Made by a program: the position numbers and the translations under genes
Shown here: in pieces, positions 1 to 9,960 of the stretch
How positions within the stretch are numbered: position 1 is the first letter of the stretch
Layout of the letters: every line of letters begins with the position of its first letter
DNA from: Bacteroidales bacterium UBA1195
Lineage (GTDB): Bacteria > Bacteroidota > Bacteroidia > Bacteroidales > WCHB1-69
Assembly (NCBI GenBank): GCA_002309855.1
Contig: DBYD01000054.1
Location: 4,272-62,143 of the forward strand
Direction: 5' to 3'
DNA length: 57,872 bases
The notes under the pieces: generated by a model
Databases searched by the model: none
Told to the model about the DNA's origin: nothing
What the model saw: only the letters and a program-made list of their open reading frames with translations

Positions 1-194
1 ACGCTTAGCACGGACGTTTGCGAACTTATTCGATACTTTTGCTTTTGAAATTTCCGACGTTTCAGAGCTGTGCCGAATAAATAGCAAACGCTATGTTTTC
101 TAATATTTTATAAAACTACTTTAACCTTTTATCCCTCTGTTTTTAAAACAAATTTACACTCATCCCCACCGCATTATGCGGTGGGTTATCAGAG

Positions 195-248
195 TGCAAA
201 AATACTCAAAATCCGAACACGGAATCCACCCTGCGCGAAGAAAAAAGC
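195..248 (-). repeat. Promoter-bearing direct repeat, copy 1 (copy 2 at 1227-1277), flanking the KilA-N gene
   Basis: TGCAAAAATACTCAAAATCCGAACACGGAAT (195-225) vs TGCAAAAATACTCAAAATACGAATATGGATT (1227-1257), 27/31 identical; both followed by G.GCG.AGAAAAAAGC; contains minus-strand TATTTTTG (TAnnTTTG). Confidence 0.7.
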
Positions 249-317
249 GAGAAAAGAACGGGAATGAGGGTGATGATAGCGGAGAAGGCGTACTAAAGCC
301 GATTCGGAACAGTTTTT

Positions 318-1148
318 TCACTCAATCAACACATCCTGAACTCCTGTCAGCGGCGTTTCAAGTCCTGCAATTGTATTCAATTGGTTAATCGCAGTCTGCC
401 GCAAAAGTTCAATCCGCTTTTCCTGTTCCATTCCCTGTTCAATAAGAATGGCATTGTAGCTTTCAAGGTTGGCAAGCACCAAAAGCTGGCTTATATCCGC
501 ATAATCGCGGATATTGCCTTTTAGATTCGGATTCGCGTCACGCCACTCTTTTGCGGTCATGCCAAACAACACCACATTCAGCAAATCCGCCTCATCCGCA
601 TAAACAAATGATTTCTGAAGGCTTGTGAGTTCCTGCGGTATCAAGTTATGTTTGATGGCATCGGTATGGATGCGGTAGTTGATTTTCGCCAATTCCCTTT
701 TCACATTCCATCCCAACATTTTTTGTTCTTTTTCCTTCAAACGTTGGAATTCTTCAATAAGATACAATTTAAATGACACACTTATGGCGGAACCGAACTC
801 GAAAGCAATGTCTTTATGCGCGTATGTTCCTCCATAACGCCCCTTCCTGACCATGACTCCAATGGCATTTGTGCTTTCAATCCATTCACTACAACTTAGA
901 ACAAACGATGGTAGTCCGGCCTGTTTTCTAAAGTGGTCAAATTCGACCACTTTAAACTGGGGATTGTGTATCATTTCCCAAACTCCAAGAAATTCAATCG
1001 TATATCTATTTCTTAACCAGTTTTTTATCACATCAGCCGCCCTCGAATCATTCGATTTAGCGGTTGCCATATCAGTCAAACTGATGTAATCAAGATTATT
1101 GTAGTTAATTACGGATATTTCCGTTTGCTGCACATTAATTTTAGCCAT
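318..1148 (-). CDS. KilA-N domain DNA-binding protein
   Basis: 276-aa ORF with DYISLTDMA..VIKNWLRN..TIEFLGVWE and GRYGGTYAHKDIAFEF, typical of Bacteroidetes KilA-N proteins; lower GC than its neighbours. Confidence 0.85.
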   Translation of the reverse strand: MAKINVQQTEISVINYNNLDYISLTDMATAKSNDSRAADVIKNWLRNRYTIEFLGVWEMIHNPQFKVVEFDHFRKQAGLPSFVLSCSEWIESTNAIGVMVRKGRYGGTYAHKDIAFEFGSAISVSFKLYLIEEFQRLKEKEQKMLGWNVKRELAKINYRIHTDAIKHNLIPQELTSLQKSFVYADEADLLNVVLFGMTAKEWRDANPNLKGNIRDYADISQLLVLANLESYNAILIEQGMEQEKRIELLRQTAINQLNTIAGLETPLTGVQDVLIE

Positions 1149-1226
1149 ATCAAAGTGTTAATTTACATTTATTTCATCTTTCTGTCACCCGCCCTCAACC
1201 CCGTCAGGGCTCCGGACGTTTGACGC

Positions 1227-1277
1227 TGCAAAAATACTCAAAATACGAATATGGATTGTAAGTGCGGAGAAAAAAGC
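1227..1277 (-). promoter_or_regulatory. Promoter-bearing direct repeat, copy 2; likely promoter of the KilA-N gene
   Basis: Minus-strand TATTTTTG about 80 bp upstream of the KilA-N ATG; repeat of 195-248. Confidence 0.65.
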
Positions 1278-3170
1278 TCACCCCTCCTTCTCTGAAAGTT
1301 CCAGCCAGCGCATGGAATAATCGTCCAGCAGGCGCTGCACCTCCTGATACCGGACTGAAGCCTCCGCGAGCTTTTCCGCAGCCCCTTCAGGGTTGGCGAA
1401 CAGATTGTCAAGCCCCTTTTTCTCCTCCTCAAGCGCGGCAATCTCCACCTCAAGCTGTTCCATCTCCTTTTTCTCCTTGTATGTGAGCTTGTTCACATTT
1501 TCCCGCTTGGCCGGACGCGGTTCCACCGGACGCTTTTCCGCCTTGGCAAGCATCTGCCGTCCCTTCTCAAGCTGAAGCTCGGAGGCCTTGTATTCGCTGT
1601 AGTTGCCGTAGAAATCCTTAACCTTCCCAGCCCCTTCGAACACGAAAATGTGGTCCACCAATTTGTTCATGAACCACCGGTCGTGCGAAACCACCAGCAG
1701 GCATCCCTCAAAATTGAGCAGGAAGTCCTCCAACAGGTTCATGGTGTCGATGTCGAAATCGTTGGTCGGCTCGTCAAGGACAAGGAAATTGGGATTGCCC
1801 ATCAGCACCATAAGCAGATAGAGCTTGCGCTTCTGCCCGCCGCTCAAATCCTCATAATAGGTGTACTGCACATCATGGCCGAAACCGAAATGGTTAAGGA
1901 AATGCGACGCCGTCCACTCATGACCGTCAGCCATACGGACAACTTCCGCATGCTCCTTCACAATCTCGATCACGCGCTTGCCGCGGCAGGACTCCGGCAG
2001 GCCGTCCTGGCTGTAATAGCCGAACACAATTGTCTCTCCCACAGTTATCCTGCCGGCATCAGGCTTGAGCCCGCCCAGCAGCAGCTTCAGGAAGGTGGAC
2101 TTGCCGCAGCCGTTGGGGCCGACCACACCGCACCGCTCCCTGCGTTTGAACACATAGGAGAAATCGCGCAGTATGGGCTTGTCCGGAAACGAAAAGTCAA
2201 GATTGTCTATCTCCAGAATTTTGTTGCCAATCCTTTCCGCCTGAACGGAAAATCCGGCCTCCTCATGCCTTGTTTCGGCGAAAGCCCTCTCCTTCAGCAC
2301 CTCAAAATGGTCTTTGCGGGCCTTTGCCTTTGTGCCGCGCGCCTGCACCGAAGCATGTATCCATTCCAGCTCACGCCGGTAAAGCGTGCGGTAGCGCTCC
2401 TGCTCCGCAGCCATGTTGGCCAGCCGCTCCGCCTTCTTTTCCAGAAAATAGTTGTAGCGTCCTTTGTATTTATACAGTTGCGTCCTGTCCAGCTCGATGA
2501 TGTCGTCACAAACCTTGTCCAGAAAAAAACGGTCGTGGGTCACCAGCAGGATGGTTTTGCCGGCATCAGCCAGAAAATCCTCCAACCATTCCACCATCTT
2601 TATATCAAGATGATTGGTAGGCTCGTCCAAAATCCACAGCTCCGCATCGGAGAGCAGTGTCCGGGCCAGCACAACCTTTTTCCGCTCCCCGCCCGACAGC
2701 TGCGACAAAGGGGCGAACAGATCGCGGATGCCAAAGCGGAATAACACCTCCTTCACCTGATTCTCATAGTTCCAGGCCTGAAGGCGGTCCATCGCCTCAA
2801 GGCTCCTCTCCATTGCCGCCTTGTGCATCTCCGAAGGCTCGCGACGGTATGCCTCCATGCTGTACTCATAGTCCCGAACGGCAGCAAAACGCGGCGCGGC
2901 GGCATCCGTCACCGCATCCAGCACGCTGCCCTCCGCTCCGGCCTCGTTGGCCTGCGGGAGGTATGCTATCCGCAAATCCTTGCGCATGGTGACACTCCCC
3001 TCATCCGGCAGCTCCAAGCCGGCTATAATGTTCAAAAGTGTGCTTTTCCCGGTTCCGTTGCGGGCGACCAGTGCGGTTTTCTGCCCCCTCTCCAATCCGA
3101 AGGAGATATGATCAAAAAGCAGTCTCTCCCCATAGCTTTTGGAGAGGTTCTCCACACTGAGCAGGTTCAT
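1278..3170 (-). CDS. ABC-F family ATP-binding protein (Uup-like)
   Basis: Two ABC domains (RNGTGKS, LSGGE, LDEPTNHLD; GPNGCGKS, LSGGQ, LDEPTNDFD), no TM segments, C-terminal coiled coil ending RWLEL. Confidence 0.93.
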   Translation of the reverse strand: MNLLSVENLSKSYGERLLFDHISFGLERGQKTALVARNGTGKSTLLNIIAGLELPDEGSVTMRKDLRIAYLPQANEAGAEGSVLDAVTDAAAPRFAAVRDYEYSMEAYRREPSEMHKAAMERSLEAMDRLQAWNYENQVKEVLFRFGIRDLFAPLSQLSGGERKKVVLARTLLSDAELWILDEPTNHLDIKMVEWLEDFLADAGKTILLVTHDRFFLDKVCDDIIELDRTQLYKYKGRYNYFLEKKAERLANMAAEQERYRTLYRRELEWIHASVQARGTKAKARKDHFEVLKERAFAETRHEEAGFSVQAERIGNKILEIDNLDFSFPDKPILRDFSYVFKRRERCGVVGPNGCGKSTFLKLLLGGLKPDAGRITVGETIVFGYYSQDGLPESCRGKRVIEIVKEHAEVVRMADGHEWTASHFLNHFGFGHDVQYTYYEDLSGGQKRKLYLLMVLMGNPNFLVLDEPTNDFDIDTMNLLEDFLLNFEGCLLVVSHDRWFMNKLVDHIFVFEGAGKVKDFYGNYSEYKASELQLEKGRQMLAKAEKRPVEPRPAKRENVNKLTYKEKKEMEQLEVEIAALEEEKKGLDNLFANPEGAAEKLAEASVRYQEVQRLLDDYSMRWLELSEKEG

Positions 3171-3173
3171 GGC

Positions 3174-5135
3174 CTAACGTTTGCGTGACGCAGCCTGTCC
3201 GCGCTGCATGGCCTGCTGCTGCTTCATCATCGCCTCGTAGCGCGCCTCCCATTTCGACTTCTTGACCGGCTGTTTTTTCTTCGCCAGCAGCTTCTCCCTC
3301 AACTTTTCGTCATTGGAGGCATAGCGGAAGATGAACATCTGGGCGAATGTGGTCAGGTTGAACAGCAGGTAGTAGTAGCTCAATCCGGCGGAATAGTTGT
3401 TGAATATGCCGAGGAACATGATGGGCATAAGGTACATCATCCATTTCATCATCTTCATGGACTGTTCGTTGCCGGTGGTGGCCATCTGCTTGTTGTTGAT
3501 CATCGTATAGGCAAGGGTGGCCGCCGTCATCAGCAGTGTGAAGAGGCTGACGTGGTCGCCGTACAACGGGATGTTGAACGGCAAATCCAGAACGGAATCG
3601 TAGGTGGAAAGATCCTTCGCCCACAGGAAAGGCTGCTGACGCAGCTCATAGGAGGCGGGGAAAAAGCGGAACATGGCCACCAGTATGGGCCACTGCAGCA
3701 GCATCGGCAGACAGCCTCCAGCCGGCTTGATGCCGCACTGCTTGTAAAGCGCCATGGTCGCCTGCTGCTTCTTCATCATATCCTCCTGCTTCGGGTATTT
3801 GGCGTTGATGGCCTCGATTTCCGGCTTCATCACCCGCATCTTGGCCGTGGAGCGGTAGTTGGAATAGGTGAGCGGAAGCAGAACCACCTTCAGGATGATG
3901 GTCAGCATGAGGATGATCAGACCGTAATTCCAGTTAAAGCGGCTGAAAAAGTCAAAGACCGGAATCACCGCATACTTGTTGATCCATGCCACCAGCTTTC
4001 CGCCCAGCTGGATCTGGTTCTCCAATTTTACCTTGTACTGTTTCAGCAGGCTGTACTTGTTGGGACCGAAATAGAAGTCGAAACTGAAGCTGTCCTCCTG
4101 CAGCGATGTCAACGGAACAGCCATGTTAGCCTTCAGCTTTTTCAGCGCACGCTCCGGAGTATCCCCGTTGCGGGATGCGTCGGAGACCAGCACGGCGTGT
4201 GCGAACTGCTTACCTGCAATCAGCGTGGAGGTGAAATACTGCTGCTTGAACGAAATCCATTTCAGGGCGGTGGTGTAGGCATCCGAATCGCTCTTGACAT
4301 CGCTCTCCGCCAGATGCTCCACATCGTCCGCATCGCTGTAGTAGACGGTTGTGGCCATCAGCTCGTTCTTCATGTTCTTCTCCTGACGGCGAAGCTGCAG
4401 CTGCCAGTTAAGGTTCCACTCGCTCTGGGTGCGCATGATGTATGGTTCCATGTTGCGGATGCGGACCTCCAGCCCCGTGCGGTAGTCGTTGCCGCGCACA
4501 GTATAGATGTATGCGATATATGAGGCGGTGTCAAAACCATCCTCCCCCTTGTCCGGATACAGGCGGTATTCCAACTGCACCGAATCGCTGCCGGAGACCC
4601 GGATATCCGTTCCTGAACCCAGCATCGGCACAAAGCAGAAATCATTTGTGTTCAACTCCAAATAATTGGAGACAAAGTCAAAGCCGAAACGGTTGGCATC
4701 CCCAGAGGTTTCGTCAAACAGAACCACCGGAAGGCTGTCGAAGGTACGCACATTCTTGAGCTCCACCTTGCAGATCCGTCCGCCACGGCGGTCAATCCAC
4801 AGGCGGTAGTGGTCGTTCTCCACCGACAAAACAGACTCCTCCACATCAGCCGGAACCATACCGGCCTTTACAAAATGTCCGTAATGGGAACGGTTGTGCT
4901 CATATCCGGCCTCACTCCGCGACGTATCTGCGGTTTCCGCCCCATCATGACCATCCTGCCCTGCGGCAATCACGGAATCGGCGTATGCCAGCTGCTCCGC
5001 CTCCTGCGCAGCCACAAGCGAATCGTGCTGCCGCTGCATCTCAGCCCGCTCCTCTTTGGAAGGAGAAATGTACAAACTGTAGCCCAAAAAGAGGCCAAGA
5101 ATGAGTATCAGACCAATTAACGTGTTCTTATCCAT
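3174..5135 (-). CDS. yidC: Membrane protein insertase YidC
   Basis: MDKNTLIGLILI N-terminal anchor, periplasmic domain, YFGP, NYGLIILMLT, GGCLPMLLQWP, FLWAKDLSTYD. Confidence 0.95.
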   Translation of the reverse strand: MDKNTLIGLILILGLFLGYSLYISPSKEERAEMQRQHDSLVAAQEAEQLAYADSVIAAGQDGHDGAETADTSRSEAGYEHNRSHYGHFVKAGMVPADVEESVLSVENDHYRLWIDRRGGRICKVELKNVRTFDSLPVVLFDETSGDANRFGFDFVSNYLELNTNDFCFVPMLGSGTDIRVSGSDSVQLEYRLYPDKGEDGFDTASYIAYIYTVRGNDYRTGLEVRIRNMEPYIMRTQSEWNLNWQLQLRRQEKNMKNELMATTVYYSDADDVEHLAESDVKSDSDAYTTALKWISFKQQYFTSTLIAGKQFAHAVLVSDASRNGDTPERALKKLKANMAVPLTSLQEDSFSFDFYFGPNKYSLLKQYKVKLENQIQLGGKLVAWINKYAVIPVFDFFSRFNWNYGLIILMLTIILKVVLLPLTYSNYRSTAKMRVMKPEIEAINAKYPKQEDMMKKQQATMALYKQCGIKPAGGCLPMLLQWPILVAMFRFFPASYELRQQPFLWAKDLSTYDSVLDLPFNIPLYGDHVSLFTLLMTAATLAYTMINNKQMATTGNEQSMKMMKWMMYLMPIMFLGIFNNYSAGLSYYYLLFNLTTFAQMFIFRYASNDEKLREKLLAKKKQPVKKSKWEARYEAMMKQQQAMQRGQAASRKR

Positions 5136-5265
5136 AATCTTATAAAAATATCAAATCAGGTTTTTAAAAAATTACAAATGTACTCAAAATCCGAATGCGA
5201 CCGGCAAAAAGATAAAAAGAAAGATTTTTCCCAATCCGATGCACGCAGTGAAACGTTTTTTTTCT

Positions 5266-5273
5266 TATCTTTG
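5266..5273 (+). promoter_or_regulatory. Bacteroidetes sigma-A -7 element for the arcA-pyrB-pyrI-lpxD unit
   Basis: TATCTTTG matches TAnnTTTG, 21 bp before the ATG at 5295. Confidence 0.6.
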
Positions 5274-5294
5274 CAGTTTGTGAAAAAAGGTTTT

Positions 5295-6497
5295 ATGGAT
5301 ATACATATATATTCTGAAATAGGTAAATTACAAGGAGTTATATTACACCGTCCGGGGTGCGAACTGGAACGTATGGTTCCCGGAAACATCCGTGACGCCC
5401 TCTACAGCGACATCCTTTCCATGGAAATAGCCCGGCAGGACTACGCCGTTTTCGAAGGCGTGCTGCAGAAGCAGACAAAAGTTTTTTATGTAAGGGATCT
5501 GCTTGAACAGATGCTCGCCGATGCGGATGCAAGGAAACAGCTTACCGAAAAGGTGTGCCGGATCCATCAGGTTTCGCTTCAGGACAAACTGGACGCGCTG
5601 ACCGTAAAGGAGCTGGCCGGCGTGCTGATTGAAGGTTGGGAGGAGCATGACAGCATAGGCCGCCACTACCCCATCCCGCCGCTGTACAACCTTTATTTCA
5701 CACGCGATGCCTCAGCCTCACTGTACGACGAGGTTATCATAAACCGCATGCGCCATTCCGTCCGCAACCGCGAAGCGCTGCTGATGGAGGAGATTTTCCG
5801 CCGCATTTTCCATGCGGAGACATTCCGCCCCGATTCAGGGCACAATATCGAGGGAGGCGACCTGCTTGTCGCCCGCGAGGATGTGCTGCTCATAGGCCAG
5901 GGCGACCGCACCTCACGCGCAGCCATCGAGGACCTCACAAGGCGATACCTCTCCAAAAACAAGAGACAGCACATTGTGGTGCAGGAGCTGCCGGTGCATC
6001 CGGAAAGCTTCATCCACCTCGACATGGTCTTCACCTTCCTTGACAGGGATGCCTGCGCCTGCTACCTGCCGCTCATAGCCAAGGAGAGCCGCTACCGCAC
6101 CACCGTCATCACAATCGACGGAGGGCAGGTCTCCTACCGTGAGGAGCCGACACTGCTGCAGGCTTTGAAAAAACTCCGCTTCGACCTGGAACCGATATCG
6201 TGCGGTGCGCCGGACGATGAATGGAACCAGCAGCGCGAACAGTGGCACAGCGGCGCCAACTTTGTGGCATTGGAACCCGGCAAGGTGATAGGATATGCCC
6301 GCAACACCCGGACAATCGACCAGCTGAACCGCCACGGTTTCGATGTGGTTCCGGCCGCCGATGTCGCCAGCGGAAAGGTTACGCTTGACAGCCACAAACG
6401 CTGCGTCGTCACGCTGCGCAGCGACGAACTTCCCCGTGGAGGCGGCGGCGGACGCTGCATGACAATGCCTATAAACAGAGAAAAAGTGATTTGGTAA
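5295..6497 (+). CDS. arcA: Arginine deiminase
   Basis: SEIGKL..V.LHRPG, NLYFTRD, IEGGD, IHLDMV, GGGGRCMTMP; start moved to ATG 5295 (MDIHIYSEIG). Confidence 0.92.
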   Translation: MDIHIYSEIGKLQGVILHRPGCELERMVPGNIRDALYSDILSMEIARQDYAVFEGVLQKQTKVFYVRDLLEQMLADADARKQLTEKVCRIHQVSLQDKLDALTVKELAGVLIEGWEEHDSIGRHYPIPPLYNLYFTRDASASLYDEVIINRMRHSVRNREALLMEEIFRRIFHAETFRPDSGHNIEGGDLLVAREDVLLIGQGDRTSRAAIEDLTRRYLSKNKRQHIVVQELPVHPESFIHLDMVFTFLDRDACACYLPLIAKESRYRTTVITIDGGQVSYREEPTLLQALKKLRFDLEPISCGAPDDEWNQQREQWHSGANFVALEPGKVIGYARNTRTIDQLNRHGFDVVPAADVASGKVTLDSHKRCVVTLRSDELPRGGGGGRCMTMPINREKVIW

Positions 6498-6525
6498 TAC
6501 ATATAAAATATTGTATACAATGAAT

Positions 6526-7434
6526 ATGAAAAACCGGAATTTGATTTCCATTACAGACTACAGCAAAGAGGAATACCTGCACATCCTCCGGCTGGCAGAA
6601 ACCTTTGAAAAGGAACCGGTGCAGAACATTGCCCAAGGCAAGGTGGTCGCCACCCTCTTTTTTGAGCCCTCAACCAGGACACGGCTCAGTTTTGAAAGCG
6701 CCGCCAACCGGTTAGGCGCAAGGGTCATCGGTTTTTCAGATGCCACCAACTCCAGCACAGCCAAAGGGGAAAGCCTTGCCGACACCATCCGGACCGTCTC
6801 CTGCTATGCCGACCTGATTGTGATGCGGCATCCTCTGGAGGGCACCGCCCGACTCGCCTCCGAAGTGGCCACAGTACCGGTCATCAATGCAGGTGACGGT
6901 GCAAACCAGCACCCTACCCAGTGTATGCTGGACCTCTACTCAATCCAGAAGACACAGGGAACCCTTGACAACCTCAACATCGCATTGGTTGGGGATTTAA
7001 AATACGGCCGTACAGTCCATTCTTTAGTGGAGGCAATGTGCAATTTCAACACCACCTTCCATCTGGTATCCCCGGAGAGCCTCAAGCTGCCGAGCACCGT
7101 AAAGATGCACATCAAGGAAAAAAACCTGAAATACTACCAGTACACCACCATTGCCGAAGCGGTGAACAAGGTGGACATACTCTACATGACAAGGGTGCAG
7201 CGCGAACGTTTTCTGGATATTCAGGATTACGAACGGGTGAAGAACTCCTGCATACTGGACAAGTCGCTGCTAAAGAATGTGAAGCCCAACATGAAGGTGC
7301 TGCATCCGCTACCTAGGGTCAACGAAATCAACACCGATGTGGATCCGCTGCCGCAGGCATACTACTTCCAGCAGGCCCAGAACGGGGTTTACGTACGTCA
7401 GGCATTGATTGCCGCCATTTTAGGATTAAAATAA
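6526..7434 (+). CDS. pyrB: Aspartate carbamoyltransferase catalytic subunit
   Basis: FFEPSTRTRLSF, KGESLADT, HPTQ, GDLKYGRTVHSL, HPLPR; start could also be 6520. Confidence 0.97.
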   Translation: MKNRNLISITDYSKEEYLHILRLAETFEKEPVQNIAQGKVVATLFFEPSTRTRLSFESAANRLGARVIGFSDATNSSTAKGESLADTIRTVSCYADLIVMRHPLEGTARLASEVATVPVINAGDGANQHPTQCMLDLYSIQKTQGTLDNLNIALVGDLKYGRTVHSLVEAMCNFNTTFHLVSPESLKLPSTVKMHIKEKNLKYYQYTTIAEAVNKVDILYMTRVQRERFLDIQDYERVKNSCILDKSLLKNVKPNMKVLHPLPRVNEINTDVDPLPQAYYFQQAQNGVYVRQALIAAILGLK

Positions 7435-7441
7435 AAACGCC

Positions 7442-7897
7442 ATGAAGAAAAAAGAACTAGTTGTATCCGCCATTGAGAACGGAACCGTAATTGACCATAT
7501 CCCTTCTGACAAACTGTTCCAGGTCATCAGGATACTGCATCTGGAAAGCTGCACCGACCAGGTGCTGTTCGGCAACAACCTGGAGAGCCAGAAACTGGGG
7601 AAAAAGGCAATCATCAAGATCCAGAACAAATTTTTTGAGACGGACGAAATCAATAAGATTGCCATCGTCTGCCCCACCGCCACACTTACCATAATAAAGG
7701 ATTACGAAGTGGTGGAGAAACGGGTGCCCACCCTGCCGTATGAATTTGAGGGCATAGTAAAATGCTACAATCCCAAATGCATAACCAACCATGAGCAGGT
7801 AACCCCGAAATTCAGGGTGCTGGACAGCCAGGAAATAAAGCTGCAATGCCATTATTGCCAAAAAATCACAAAAGAAGAAACCCTTAACTTTATATAG
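7442..7897 (+). CDS. pyrI: Aspartate carbamoyltransferase regulatory subunit
   Basis: [14 protein letters not shown], Zn ligands CxNPKC..CHYC; follows pyrB. Confidence 0.96.
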   Translation: MKKKELVVSAIENGTVIDHIPSDKLFQVIRILHLESCTDQVLFGNNLESQKLGKKAIIKIQNKFFETDEINKIAIVCPTATLTIIKDYEVVEKRVPTLPYEFEGIVKCYNPKCITNHEQVTPKFRVLDSQEIKLQCHYCQKITKEETLNFI

Positions 7898-7899
7898 TG

Positions 7900-8952
7900 A
7901 TGACACAGATACCCACTTTCTCGGCCAAACAGATCGCCAAATTCATCGAAGGGGTCATCGAAGGGGATCCCAATACCACTGTGGAATGTTTCGGTCAGAT
8001 TGACCAGTGTCCGGAAAAAGGGCTTACCTTCCTCACCGACCAGAAATATGCCAGCTGCCTGTACAACACCAAGGCCAGCATCGCCATCGTCTCACAGGAT
8101 TTCGAGCCGGAAGAGCCGGTCTCCTGCACGCTCATCCGGGTGAAAAACCCCAAAAAAACATTTGTCACCCTGTTGCAGTTCTACGATGATCTCAAACCGA
8201 AGCGCTTGGGTATCAGCAAACAGGCGATCATAAACAAATCAGCGGTTATCGGCCAGGGGGTTTACATCGGAGACGGCACTGTAGTGGAAGAGGATGTGGA
8301 AATCAAGGATGATGCCAAGATTTACCCTCAGGTATATCTCGGCAACAATGTCAGCATCGGGGAGAACACCATCATATATGCCGGCGTGAAGATATACGAA
8401 GGCTGCAAAATAGGCAACAACTGCATAATCCACTCCGGCGCGGTGATCGGTGCGGACGGGTTCGGATATATTCCGGACGAGAAGGGTGTGCTTTCCCACA
8501 TTCCACAGATGGGCACTGTCATTATAGAGGATGAGGTGGAGATCGGTGCCAACAGCTGCATTGACCGTGCCATGCTGGAAGCCACTGTAATACACAAGGG
8601 AACCAAGATTGACAATCTGGTTCAGATAGCGCACAACTGCCAGATTGGGGAGCATACCGTCCTTGCCGCCGGCTGCGGTGTGGCCGGTTCGGTCAGCATC
8701 GGAAACCACTGCGTTTTTGGCGGACAGGTAGGAATAAAGGATCATGTGAAAATCGGCAACTATGTGCAGGTGGCAGCCCAATCCGGCATTCACCGCAATG
8801 TCAAGGACAAGACCAAACTGTTCGGCTCACCGGCCATGGATGCCACAAAAGGCATCAAGGCATACGGCAGCCTCCACTACCTGCCGGACATGATGGAAAG
8901 GCTGAACAGACTGGAAAAAGAGAAAAAAGAGGAGGAAAAAACGGAGAAATAA
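7900..8952 (+). CDS. lpxD: UDP-3-O-acyl-glucosamine N-acyltransferase LpxD (paralog 1)
   Basis: Hexapeptide repeats, [23 protein letters not shown]. Confidence 0.9.
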   Translation: MTQIPTFSAKQIAKFIEGVIEGDPNTTVECFGQIDQCPEKGLTFLTDQKYASCLYNTKASIAIVSQDFEPEEPVSCTLIRVKNPKKTFVTLLQFYDDLKPKRLGISKQAIINKSAVIGQGVYIGDGTVVEEDVEIKDDAKIYPQVYLGNNVSIGENTIIYAGVKIYEGCKIGNNCIIHSGAVIGADGFGYIPDEKGVLSHIPQMGTVIIEDEVEIGANSCIDRAMLEATVIHKGTKIDNLVQIAHNCQIGEHTVLAAGCGVAGSVSIGNHCVFGGQVGIKDHVKIGNYVQVAAQSGIHRNVKDKTKLFGSPAMDATKGIKAYGSLHYLPDMMERLNRLEKEKKEEEKTEK

Positions 8953-8976
8953 CCGTCCTGCCCTTTATTACGCACT

Positions 8977-9957
8977 TTACGGCATATAGACCTCCAGCAG
9001 GCGGCAGCTCCCCAATGGAGCCAGAACCGCCTCCTCGATACTGGCAGGCATAAGCACCGTCTCTCCAACAGAGACGGTTTCTTTTTCCATGCCGTTGCAG
9101 CGGATTTCTGCGGCACCTCCAACACAGACATAGAGCACAAAACTGTCCATGGGCACATAGATTTTCTCCACCGGTTTGTCAAAATCCATCAGCCGCGTGA
9201 CGAAATAGGGTGAATTCACCAAATCCACTGTCTGGTTCTTCTGCGCATGATATGCAATCAGGTCGTTATTATTGTCTTCGTAATCAATGGCTTCCAACGC
9301 CTCCTCCACGTGAAGCTCGCGGGCATTCCCCTCCGCATCCAGCCGGTTATAGTCGTACAGACGGTAGGTCACATCCGAAAGCTGTTGGATTTCGGCAAGC
9401 AGGACTCCCCTGCCGATTGCATGTACCTTGCCCGCCGGAATATAGCAGCAGCTCCCTGCACTTACGTTGCAGTAGCGCAGTACGGACTCCAGCCGGTTCC
9501 CTGCCACAATCTGCCGCAACTCATCCCTCTTCAGCGGGCGGTTGAAACCTATGTTAAGCTTCGCATCACTATCCGCCTGGATAACGTACCACATCTCGGT
9601 CTTACCGTTGGGCTCCCCCAACTTTTTTGCCAGTTCATCATCCGGATGCACCTGGACAGACAGGTCATCCTGCGCATCAATGAATTTGACCAGAAGTGGA
9701 AAGACCTGCCCATACTGGTGGAAGACCTTCTCCCCCACCAAATCGCCCATATAGACCTCAATCAGTTCGTTCAGGGTGTTGCCGGCCAGGAAACCGTTGG
9801 TGACAACGGAGGGTTCCTCGTCAAAACCGGACACCTCCCATGACTCGCCGCATTGCGGAATCTCCGCACAGTCCTCCTTGTGAAGCAGAGTGTGGAACTT
9901 ATGGCCTCCCCAGATTTTCTCCTTGTAGATGGGCTTGAATTTCAACGGATACAACAT
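8977..9957 (-). CDS. manA: Mannose-6-phosphate isomerase, class I
   Basis: EKIWGG, GESWEVS, FPLLVKFIDA.DDLSVQVHP, GKTEMWY, EIQQ.SDVTYRLYDYNR. Confidence 0.93.
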   Translation of the reverse strand: MLYPLKFKPIYKEKIWGGHKFHTLLHKEDCAEIPQCGESWEVSGFDEEPSVVTNGFLAGNTLNELIEVYMGDLVGEKVFHQYGQVFPLLVKFIDAQDDLSVQVHPDDELAKKLGEPNGKTEMWYVIQADSDAKLNIGFNRPLKRDELRQIVAGNRLESVLRYCNVSAGSCCYIPAGKVHAIGRGVLLAEIQQLSDVTYRLYDYNRLDAEGNARELHVEEALEAIDYEDNNNDLIAYHAQKNQTVDLVNSPYFVTRLMDFDKPVEKIYVPMDSFVLYVCVGGAAEIRCNGMEKETVSVGETVLMPASIEEAVLAPLGSCRLLEVYMP

Positions 9958-9960
9958 AGG

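Noticed and set aside
176-388. 70-aa ORF on the + strand
   Set aside because: It overlaps the promoter repeat and the KilA-N 3' end and has no recognisable features
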